Shown here piece by piece: positions 48,037-56,189 of a stretch of DNA of 56,189 nucleotides. The DNA is taken from assembly GCA_040756235.1 (NCBI GenBank), contig JBFLZG010000152.1, forward strand, positions 1-56,189, read 5' to 3'. The notes under the pieces are model-generated. The model worked only from the letters and a program-made list of their open reading frames with translations, did no database searches and was not told the DNA's origin. The position numbers and the translations under genes are program-made. This DNA comes from a bacterium (GTDB lineage Bacteria; Desulfobacterota; DSWW01). The stretch's first letter is position 1. The number at the start of each line of letters is the position of its first letter.

Positions 48037-48239
48037 GAGAGGCTGGCGAGAAATGGACAGATGCAAGGCGCGCGACAATTCGAGAAGCGGCTAGATGTAG
48101 ATGCAGGGGTGCGAAGCTCCGAGGAACGAGGCTGACTTGGCAGTCACGTGGACCCCGGCCTGCGCCGGGGCAGGCTCCCCCCCTGCCTCCATGCGCCATG
48201 AGTGCAACGCTGCAGATGGCCGTTTATCGCCAGCCTCTC
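48037..48239. mobile_element. MITE-like dispersed repeat, copy 5 (inverted, with internal insertion)
   Basis: GAGAGGCTGGCGAGAAATGGACAGATGCAAGGC...CAGATGGCCGTTTATCGCCAGCCTCTC; its end overlaps the iclR stop codon. Confidence 0.75.
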
Positions 48240-49035
48240 AGGCGGAGGCCTCCTGATGAATATTGAACCCCAGCCTGCGGGAGATCTCCTCGCTCGCATC
48301 CCTCACGGCCGGCGCGAGCTCATCGGAGATCTTCTTGTCCGGCATCCGCATCGCGGGGCCGGAGATGGAGATCGCGGCAACGATGTTCCCGGTGTAATCT
48401 CGAACCGGGGCGGCGATGCAGCGAACCCCTTCCTCGAACTCTTCGTCGTCCAGGGCAAAGCCCTGTCTGGCGACCTTCTTCAGCTGATCGACAAGAGACT
48501 TGGAATCCACGATGGTCTTGGGGGTCATCTTCACGATCTGCTCCGGCAGCCTCTTCCGGATTTCCTCCTCGGAATCCGAGGAAATGAGGACCTTGCCCAC
48601 GGCCGTGCAGTAGGTGGGCAGTCTGAGCCCGACACGAGAAGCGACGCGCACGGTCTGATTGGCTTCGACCACGTCCAGATAGATCACGTCCTGGTTGCGC
48701 ATGATCGCCAGGTAGGCCGTCTCGTTCGCCTTCTCGGCCAGTCTCTCCAGCGTGGGCCGGGCCTGCCGCAGCAGTCCCATCTGCCGGATGAAGGTTTGGC
48801 CCAGCTCCAGGCTCTTCAGACCCAGCCGGTAGTTTTCCGTAGATCGATTCTGCTCGATATACCCTCTGGCTTCCAGCGTGGCAAGGAGCCGGAAGATATT
48901 GTTTTTATGAAGTTTTAACTTCTTGCTGAGCTCCGTCACCCCGAGCTCGATGGCGTCCCCCTTGAACTCCTCGAGCACGTCCAGCGCATGGGCAACGGAT
49001 TGGATGATATAGTTGGATTTGTCTCTTTTTACCAT
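48238..49035 (-). CDS. IclR-family transcriptional regulator
   Basis: QSVAHALDVLE HTH, CTAVGKVL and DDEEFEEGVRCIAAPV motifs. Confidence 0.93.
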   Translation of the reverse strand: MVKRDKSNYIIQSVAHALDVLEEFKGDAIELGVTELSKKLKLHKNNIFRLLATLEARGYIEQNRSTENYRLGLKSLELGQTFIRQMGLLRQARPTLERLAEKANETAYLAIMRNQDVIYLDVVEANQTVRVASRVGLRLPTYCTAVGKVLISSDSEEEIRKRLPEQIVKMTPKTIVDSKSLVDQLKKVARQGFALDDEEFEEGVRCIAAPVRDYTGNIVAAISISGPAMRMPDKKISDELAPAVRDASEEISRRLGFNIHQEASA

Positions 49036-49265
49036 GTGACAGACCTCGCTTCTGGTGCCTGGGGTCGAGAAATACCCTTAACAATGTTATATACTAATTG
49101 GACGAACCATTCCGTGTCAATAGAAAGTCTGAAAACTTTTTTCATTATCAGAAAGGTATGTACGGAAACAGGGGGCTAGATTGGCCGGAGCGGATCTTTG
49201 CAGCGCCGGCAAGGCGGTTTGGCGCCTGTTCCGGACCGCACGTGGTCACCCGCAGGGAATCGATC

Positions 49266-49787
49266 TCAGCTGTCCTGGCAAGGCGGGCCGGCGACCCGGA
49301 CCACCCGGCAGGGATCTGCGACTCGCTCCAGAAGCCCACGAATAGATAGATGCAGGTTGGGGTGAATCAGATCAGGGTCTATTTCGAAAAGAGGCTCGAG
49401 AACGAAACGGCGGTTCGGAATGCCGGGGTGGGGCACGGTCAGAGTCGGGTCCTGGTACACCAGGTCGTCGAAGAAGAGAAGATCCAGATCGAGGGTGCGC
49501 GGTCCCCAGCGCCGAGTCCGCTCTCGCCCGAACGCAGCTTCCGCCTGCTGGAGCATGCGGAAGAGCTCCTTGAGGGGCAGCGCGGTGTCCAGCTGCGCCA
49601 CGCAGTTGAGGAACCAGCCCTGGTCCCGGACGCCGAAAGGTTCCGTTTCATAAACGGAAGAGCACTTGTGGAGCCGGTTTTGCTCATGGGCGAGGAGCCA
49701 CCGGAGGGATCCCTCGAGGTAATGACGCCGATCCCCTACATTGGAGCCGATCGAGATGGTAGCCAGGCTGCTCTTGGCGTCCGTCAG
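49266..49787 (-). CDS. folK: 2-amino-4-hydroxy-6-hydroxymethyldihydropteridine diphosphokinase
   Basis: ISIGSNVGDR, SSVYETEPFG, FLNCV, RWGPRTLDLDLL and PHP motifs; the frame stays open to a CTG at 49787 overlapping the dapL stop. Confidence 0.9.
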   Translation of the reverse strand: MTDAKSSLATISIGSNVGDRRHYLEGSLRWLLAHEQNRLHKCSSVYETEPFGVRDQGWFLNCVAQLDTALPLKELFRMLQQAEAAFGRERTRRWGPRTLDLDLLFFDDLVYQDPTLTVPHPGIPNRRFVLEPLFEIDPDLIHPNLHLSIRGLLERVADPCRVVRVAGPPCQDS

Positions 49788-50974
49788 GCTGATTTCTCCG
49801 CAAAGAGGTCGGCCGCCTGCTGGAGCCTGAAAAGGGCTTCTTCCAGGCGATCGCTCGGGGCGGTCAGGGAGACCCGGAAGTACCCCTCTCCGTGCTCGCC
49901 GAAACCCACTCCCGGGGTCACCACCACGCCGGTTTCCAACAGCAGGGTCCTGGCGAAGCTCCGGGAGTCGCCGTTACCCGGGACCGGGCACCACACGTAG
50001 AAGGTCGCCTTGGGGACGAACGGATCGAGGCCGCAGGCCCGCAGGCCTTCCACCACCTGGTCTCTTCTCTCCTGATAGGTCCTGCTGAATTCCTGCGGCA
50101 CCTTGCCGTTTCTTTCCAGGGCCTCGATGCCGGCATACTGGATCGCCTGAAACAGACCGGAGTCGATGTTCGTCTTGACCTTGCCGAGGGCGGCGATCGC
50201 CTCCTCGTTGCCCACGCAGAACCCCACACGCCACCCGGTCATGCTGTACGTCTTGGAGAGCGAATGAAACTCGATTCCCACTTCCTTGGCGCCGTCTATC
50301 TCGAGGAAACTGGCCGGTCGATATCCGTCGAAGGCGATCTCCGAGTAAGCCGCATCGTGACACACGAGGATGCGGTGGCGGTGCGCGAAATCCACGACGC
50401 GCTCGAAGAAGCGCTTTTCGGCGGTGGCCGCCGTGGGGTTGTTCGGATAGTTGACGTACAGGATCTTGGCCCTGCGCGCCGTCTCTTCCGGAACGGCTTC
50501 CAGATCCGGGAGAAAACGGTTCTGCCGCGTGAGAGGCAAGCTGACCGGAATCCCCCCTGCAAAGGAGATGGCCACCTTGTAGACGGGGTAGCCCGGATCG
50601 GTATACAGGCCGACGTCGCCCGGATCGATCACGGCCAGCGGAAGATGCGCGATCCCTTCCTTGGAGCCGATCAGGCTCACCACCTCGGTCACCGGGTCGA
50701 GCTCGACGCCGAATCGTTTCTGGTACCACTTGGCGACCGCTTCGCGGAAGGCCAGAAGGCCTTCGTAGCCGGGGTACCGATGATTGGCCGGGACCGCCGC
50801 CGCTCTGGACAGCGCGTGCACGATCGGCTCGGGCGTCGGCAGATCGGGGTCGCCCACGCCCAGGTCGATGATGTCCTTTCCTTCCGCCCGGAGCGCGGCC
50901 TTGGCCCGGTCCAGCTCGGCGAAAAGGTAGGGCGGAAGATCCCGGATTCTCTTGGCGGCGAGGTTCTGGTTCAT
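49784..50974 (-). CDS. dapL: LL-diaminopimelate aminotransferase (class I/II PLP aminotransferase)
   Basis: LPPYLFAELD, LIGSKEGIAH, NYPNNPT and HSLSKTYSMTGWRVG motifs. Confidence 0.8.
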   Translation of the reverse strand: MNQNLAAKRIRDLPPYLFAELDRAKAALRAEGKDIIDLGVGDPDLPTPEPIVHALSRAAAVPANHRYPGYEGLLAFREAVAKWYQKRFGVELDPVTEVVSLIGSKEGIAHLPLAVIDPGDVGLYTDPGYPVYKVAISFAGGIPVSLPLTRQNRFLPDLEAVPEETARRAKILYVNYPNNPTAATAEKRFFERVVDFAHRHRILVCHDAAYSEIAFDGYRPASFLEIDGAKEVGIEFHSLSKTYSMTGWRVGFCVGNEEAIAALGKVKTNIDSGLFQAIQYAGIEALERNGKVPQEFSRTYQERRDQVVEGLRACGLDPFVPKATFYVWCPVPGNGDSRSFARTLLLETGVVVTPGVGFGEHGEGYFRVSLTAPSDRLEEALFRLQQAADLFAEKSA

Positions 50975-51023
50975 GTTTTCCTCTTGGTTCTCCCGGAACG
51001 GGAATCCCTGCAACCGGGCCGGC

Positions 51024-51788
51024 TCATGGCTCCCATGCCGCGACTCGGTTGGCGAGGGTCCCGATCCCTTCGATCCGGATCTCGACGCAGTCTCCCGGAA
51101 GCATCGGCCCGACGCCGCTGGGAGTCCCGGAGGCGATCACGTCCCCGGGGTTCAAGGTCATCACCCACGAGATGAAGTGCACGAGATAGAACGGATCGCG
51201 CAGGAGCTGGCTCGTGTTGGAATGCTGCTTTCGTTCCCCGTTCAGCAGCGTTTCGATCGAGAGAGAATGCGGATCCAGGTCCGGCACGATCCAGGGCCCC
51301 ATGGGGGCGAACGTGTCGAAGCTCTTGGAGCGCGTGAACTGGACGTCCTTGCCCTGCAGGTCCCTGGCGGTCACGTCGTTCAGGCACGTGTACCCGAGAA
51401 CGCAGCCGGGAGCCTCCTCCGGCCGGATGCGAAAAGCCGTCCGGCCGATCACGATGCCCAACTCCGCCTCGAAGTCGACCCGCCGGCTCGCTTCCGGGTA
51501 CCGGATATCCTGGCCGGGACCGATCACGGAGGTGGAAGGCTTGAGGAAAAGCATGGGCTCTTCGGGCGGCGTGAGGCCGAACTCGAGAGCGTGATCCCTG
51601 TAGTTCAATCCGATGCCGACGATCTTGGAAGGCTCGCAGGGTGCCAGGAGCCGAACCTCGGAGAGCGGGAGTCTCTCCGCCGAGGGCTCCAGGCCCGCGT
51701 AAGGAGCGCGCGGCAGAACGCGCACCTCGTCTTCCTCGAGGAGGCCGTAGGCGGTCCTGCCCCCGGCCGCGAAACGAACGAGTCTCAT
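51024..51788 (-). CDS. Fumarylacetoacetate hydrolase family protein
   Basis: KIVGIGLNYRDH, DFEAEL, NDVTARD, KSFDTF and GDVIASGTP motifs. Confidence 0.92.
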   Translation of the reverse strand: MRLVRFAAGGRTAYGLLEEDEVRVLPRAPYAGLEPSAERLPLSEVRLLAPCEPSKIVGIGLNYRDHALEFGLTPPEEPMLFLKPSTSVIGPGQDIRYPEASRRVDFEAELGIVIGRTAFRIRPEEAPGCVLGYTCLNDVTARDLQGKDVQFTRSKSFDTFAPMGPWIVPDLDPHSLSIETLLNGERKQHSNTSQLLRDPFYLVHFISWVMTLNPGDVIASGTPSGVGPMLPGDCVEIRIEGIGTLANRVAAWEP

Positions 51789-52127
51789 GCTCTCGCGCTC
51801 CCCGTCACCGAACGCCGATAGAATCCGACCTTCGAGGCTCGCGCCCACGCAACAGGCGCCAGGGAAAGTGGAAGAAGGATCCGGTGCTCTGCCGTGGAAC
51901 AGGATCCCGTGCTCTATAGCTTATTGATGTGGCCAAATCAACGGAAGTGGCGGCCGCCATGGTGGCGCCGGCTCCTTCGGGCGGCTATCATGAACACAAG
52001 CCATTCGAGGCCCCGGAAGGATCCGGATGAGAGGCGCCGCGGCTCCCTCGTGGTTCTCTTTTGGAAAATGAAGTGTTAGTATTCCTGGTCTTTTTGCGGA
52101 ACCGTAAACCAGGAGGAGGTTGCATCG

Positions 52128-54971
52128 TTGGGCAGTTCAGAAAACAGCCGAGACTACAAGTCGACCCTCAACTTGCCGCGCACCGCCTTCCCGATGAAGG
52201 CCAATCTGAGCCAGCGGGAACCGGAGATGCTGGCGGAATGGGAGGCCGCGGGGCTCTACCGCAAGATCCGGGAACAGTCCAAAGAGCGCGACAAGTTCAT
52301 CCTCCACGACGGTCCTCCCTACGCGAACGGGAACATTCACCTCGGGACGGCGCTGAACAAGATCCTTAAGGACATCATCGTCAAATCCAAGCTCATGGAC
52401 GGCCGCGACAGTGTCTACGTGCCGGGCTGGGACTGCCATGGGCTCCCGATCGAACACCAGGTCGACAAGATGCTCGGGCCGCGCAAGAAAGACCTTTCGG
52501 TCGTCGACGTCCGCGAGGAGTGCAGGGCCTACGCCGCCAAGTACGTGGAGATCCAGAAGGCGGAGTTCAGGCGTCTCGGCGTGATGGGGGAATGGGACGA
52601 TCCCTACCTGACGATGAAGAAGAGTTATGTGGCCCAGATCGTACGCGAGTTCGGGCGCTTCGTCGAGCAGGGGAACGTCTATCGCGGCAGGAAGCCGATC
52701 TACTGGTGCGCCAACTGCAGGACGGCCCTGGCCGAGGCGGAAGTCGAGTACCATGACGTGGCTTCCCCGTCGATCTACGTGGCGTTCCCTCTGCTGTCGG
52801 AGCCTCCGACGAGTCTGCAAGCGGTCCCTCGCGAGAGCACCTCGGTTCTGATCTGGACCACCACGCCCTGGACCATCCCCGCCAACCTGGCGATCGCCTT
52901 CCACCCGGATTACCTCTACACGGCCATCCGCCTGCCCGACGGCCGGCACCTCGTGCTCGCCGAGGAGCGGATCCTGGCGGTGACCGGGGAGCTGGGCATC
53001 TCCGGCTACGAGAAGGTCGGCAGCTGCCCGGGAAGAGAATGGGAAGGGATCTCCTGCAAGCATCCCCTTTACGACAGGCCTTCCAAGTGCATCCTCGGGG
53101 AGCACGTGACCCTGGACCAGGGAACGGGCTGCGTCCACACGGCTCCGGGGCACGGGCAGGAGGACTATGAGATCGGCATCCGCTACGGCCTGGAGGTCTT
53201 TGCACCGGTCGACGATGCGGGCAGATTCACGGACGAGGCCCGGCCGTTCGACGGTCAGTTCGTGTTCGATGCCGATCCCGAGGTCGCCGCGGCGCTGAGA
53301 AAGCAAGGGCATCTGCTCGGGGAGCGGCGCATCACGCACTCCTACCCGCACTGCTGGCGGTGCAAGGGAGCGGTCATCTTCCGCTCCACCGAGCAGTGGT
53401 TCATCTCGATGGAAGAGAAGCAGCTGCGCCGCAAGGCCCTCGAGAACATCGACCGGGTCCAGTGGATCCCGAGCTGGGGCAGAGACCGGATCTACTCGAT
53501 GATCGAGAACCGGCCGGACTGGTGCATCTCGCGGCAGCGCGCATGGGGGGTCCCGATCCTGGCTTTCCACTGCGTTGCCTGCAAGGAGGTCCTGCTCGAT
53601 GCCGCTGTGATCCGGCTGGCCGCGGAGCGCTTCGAGGAGAAGGGCCCGGACTGCTGGTTCGTGGACCCGCCGGAAAAATTCCTTCCGCCCGGGACGGCGT
53701 GCGCCAGATGCGGGGGCAAAGAGTTCGTGAAGGACAAGGACATCCTGGACGTCTGGTTCGATTCCGGGGTGAGCTTCGCGGCCGTGCTGGAGAAGAGGGC
53801 CGAGCTGGAGTTCCCGGCCGGCATGTATCTGGAGGGAAGCGATCAGCACCGGGGGTGGTTCCATTCCTCCTTGCTCGCCTCGGTGGGGACCCGGGGCGTG
53901 GCGCCCTACCGGTCCGTCCTGACCCATGGCTTCGTGGTCGACGGGGAAGGCCGGAAGATGTCCAAGTCCCTGGGGAACATCATTGCACCGCAGGACCTGA
54001 TCTCGCGCTATGGCGCCGAGATCCTCCGGCTGTGGGTGGCCGCCGAGGACTACCGCGACGACATCCGGATCTCGCCCGAGATCCTGACCCGCATCTCGGA
54101 ATCCTATCGGAAGATCCGCAACACCGCTCGCTTCATCCTGGGCAACCTGTACGATTTCGATCCGCAGCGCCACAGGGTGCCTTTCCGGCAAAGGGGAGAG
54201 ATCGACCGGTGGGCCATGCTCCGGCTGGCCGCTCTCGTCGAGCGCGTGACGCGAGCGTACGAGCATTACGAGTTCCACGGGGTCTATCACCGGGTCCTGG
54301 ACTTCTGTGTCGTGGAGCTGAGCTCCTTCTACCTGGACGTGCTGAAGGAGACTCTCTACGTGTCCGCACCCGATTCAGCCGCGCGCCGTTCCGCCCAGAG
54401 CACGCTCTACGATCTCCTGGATGCTCTCGCCCGGCTCGTGGCGCCGATCCTCTCCTTCACCGCCGAGGACATCTGGCGCTACATGCCGGCACGTGCCGGT
54501 AAAGAAGAGAGCGTTCACCTGTGCAGTTTTCCACTGGCCGACCCCGACTGGGTGGATCCGGACCTGGACGAGAGATGGGAAAAGGTGCTCCGGTTCCGGC
54601 AGGAGGTCTCCCGGGCGCTGGAGATCGCCCGGAAGGACAAGAGGATCGGGCATTCCCTGGATGCCTGGGTGCGGGTCGAGGCGCCGGGTTCCTGGAGGGA
54701 GTTCCTGCAGACCTTTCCCTTTTCTCTCCGGCTGCTCTGCATCGTTTCCGATCTCACCGTCGAGGCACCCCTCCCGGAGGAACCGACCCTGGAGAGCAGC
54801 GAGCTCCCCGGCTTCAAGCTCTGGGTTCACAAGGCCAGGGGCGGGAAGTGCCAGCGCTGCTGGGTCTCCTTCCCATCCGTGGGGCAGGACCCGTCCCATC
54901 CCGGCCTCTGCGCGCGCTGCCTGGAAGAATTGAAACAGATGCAATCGAAATCCCAAGAGGAGCGATCATGA
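52128..54971 (+). CDS. ileS: Isoleucine-tRNA ligase
   Basis: [27 protein letters not shown] and C-terminal Zn finger CQRCW...CARC; TTG start with AGGAGG SD. Confidence 0.97.
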   Translation: MGSSENSRDYKSTLNLPRTAFPMKANLSQREPEMLAEWEAAGLYRKIREQSKERDKFILHDGPPYANGNIHLGTALNKILKDIIVKSKLMDGRDSVYVPGWDCHGLPIEHQVDKMLGPRKKDLSVVDVREECRAYAAKYVEIQKAEFRRLGVMGEWDDPYLTMKKSYVAQIVREFGRFVEQGNVYRGRKPIYWCANCRTALAEAEVEYHDVASPSIYVAFPLLSEPPTSLQAVPRESTSVLIWTTTPWTIPANLAIAFHPDYLYTAIRLPDGRHLVLAEERILAVTGELGISGYEKVGSCPGREWEGISCKHPLYDRPSKCILGEHVTLDQGTGCVHTAPGHGQEDYEIGIRYGLEVFAPVDDAGRFTDEARPFDGQFVFDADPEVAAALRKQGHLLGERRITHSYPHCWRCKGAVIFRSTEQWFISMEEKQLRRKALENIDRVQWIPSWGRDRIYSMIENRPDWCISRQRAWGVPILAFHCVACKEVLLDAAVIRLAAERFEEKGPDCWFVDPPEKFLPPGTACARCGGKEFVKDKDILDVWFDSGVSFAAVLEKRAELEFPAGMYLEGSDQHRGWFHSSLLASVGTRGVAPYRSVLTHGFVVDGEGRKMSKSLGNIIAPQDLISRYGAEILRLWVAAEDYRDDIRISPEILTRISESYRKIRNTARFILGNLYDFDPQRHRVPFRQRGEIDRWAMLRLAALVERVTRAYEHYEFHGVYHRVLDFCVVELSSFYLDVLKETLYVSAPDSAARRSAQSTLYDLLDALARLVAPILSFTAEDIWRYMPARAGKEESVHLCSFPLADPDWVDPDLDERWEKVLRFRQEVSRALEIARKDKRIGHSLDAWVRVEAPGSWREFLQTFPFSLRLLCIVSDLTVEAPLPEEPTLESSELPGFKLWVHKARGGKCQRCWVSFPSVGQDPSHPGLCARCLEELKQMQSKSQEERS

Positions 54972-55522
54972 AGGGCCTCGGCAGGTACATCCTCCTCGCC
55001 GCAATCGCTGGGGGCGTGGTGCTCCTCGACCAGTGGACAAAAGCCTGGGTCCACGCCCACATGCGCTTGTACGAGACCGACCCGGTGATCCCCGGCCTGC
55101 TGGACCTCCATTACATTCGAAATACGGGGTCGGCCTTCGGGTTCCTGAGCGGAAGCCATTCCGGCTTTCGTATACCCTTTTTCATCGGCATCTCGGTCCT
55201 GGCCATCGGGATCATCCTGTACCTGTTTCACAAGCTCGAGGATTCCGAATGGCTGGTCCCGAGCGCTCTTTCGCTCGTTCTGGGCGGCGCCGCGGGCAAC
55301 CTGATCGACCGGATCCGCTTGGGCGAGGTCATCGATTTTCTGCACGTCCATTACAGGAGCTTCCACTGGCCCGCCTTCAACGTGGCCGATGCGGCCATCA
55401 CCGCAGGCGTCATCCTGCTTCTGATCCGGACGATCGGGTTCGACCCGCGGCGGCCGCAGGAGAATCGGCCTGACCGACTCGAAAAGGAGGGTTTTTCCGA
55501 AGGCGCGCCCAAGCGCTCTTGA
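54968..55522 (+). CDS. lspA: Lipoprotein signal peptidase II
   Basis: DQWTK, NTGSAFG, GNLIDRI, VIDF and FNVADAAI motifs; ATGA overlap with ileS. Confidence 0.95.
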   Translation: MKGLGRYILLAAIAGGVVLLDQWTKAWVHAHMRLYETDPVIPGLLDLHYIRNTGSAFGFLSGSHSGFRIPFFIGISVLAIGIILYLFHKLEDSEWLVPSALSLVLGGAAGNLIDRIRLGEVIDFLHVHYRSFHWPAFNVADAAITAGVILLLIRTIGFDPRRPQENRPDRLEKEGFSEGAPKRS

Positions 55523-55588
55523 CATCTCGCCTCAAATGGTTAAACCTATGGCCGTTGCCGTCTAGCAGTCAGGAGTTTCGCCTGCTAA
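55519..55588 (+). promoter_or_regulatory. groESL promoter with CIRCE-like (HrcA) operator
   Basis: TTGACA at 55519 with TAAACC near 55541; CTAGCAGTC-N9-GCCTGCTAA at 55562-55588 versus consensus TTAGCACTC-N9-GAGTGCTAA. Confidence 0.65.
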
Positions 55589-55745
55589 GAATCTGACCTA
55601 AATCCCTCGCCATCTATGGAAATCCACCGACTATGCGAGAGCATGGCGAACGCTTCTTGCGTCCGTTTTTTACTCTGAGGTGACTGCGTGAGATGCGATA
55701 GGGAACCCCACTCTGAGTACTCAAACACACAAGGAGGAGAAGGCG

Positions 55746-56189
<444 letters not shown>

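Noticed and set aside
51850..52127. T-box or other riboswitch upstream of ileS; short direct repeat AGGATCCsGTGCTCT
   Set aside because: No convincing T-box motif with a terminator; two 15-bp copies are too little to call.

Overview
High-GC bacterial chromosome segment; gene content (ETF plus a CCG-domain membrane oxidoreductase, an ethylbenzene-dehydrogenase-type molybdoenzyme, dapL, a CIRCE-like site before groESL, outer-membrane FadL-like channels) suggests an anaerobic Gram-negative lipid degrader, probably a deltaproteobacterium (inference). Left to right: (i) a repeat-rich edge with a possible CRISPR-like repeat pair; (ii) a minus-strand merR-Rieske-ferredoxin-molybdoenzyme alpha-gamma cluster with no beta subunit; (iii) a visibly lower-GC island (~9.3-13.8 kb) between two hicB genes with broken hicA partners, holding a TIR-domain remnant and a translationally coupled operon of DNA methyltransferase + MORC/GHKL ATPase + second methyltransferase-like protein with no nuclease, the best candidate for an undescribed defence or DNA-modification system; (iv) accessory genes (cyclase, two-subunit aconitase X, DUF853 ATPase, secreted proteins, a frameshifted beta-helix protein with an unnamed C-terminal anchor); (v) a minus-strand lipid-use locus (tetR-etfB-etfA-EMO, fadD, three tandem FadL-like porins, lipoprotein); (vi) core genes iclR, folK (apparent CTG start), dapL, FAH hydrolase, ileS, lspA, groES and the start of groEL. 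At least five copies of one MITE-like element and several REP-like palindromes sit between genes. All family assignments come from motif recognition by eye; no database search was run.
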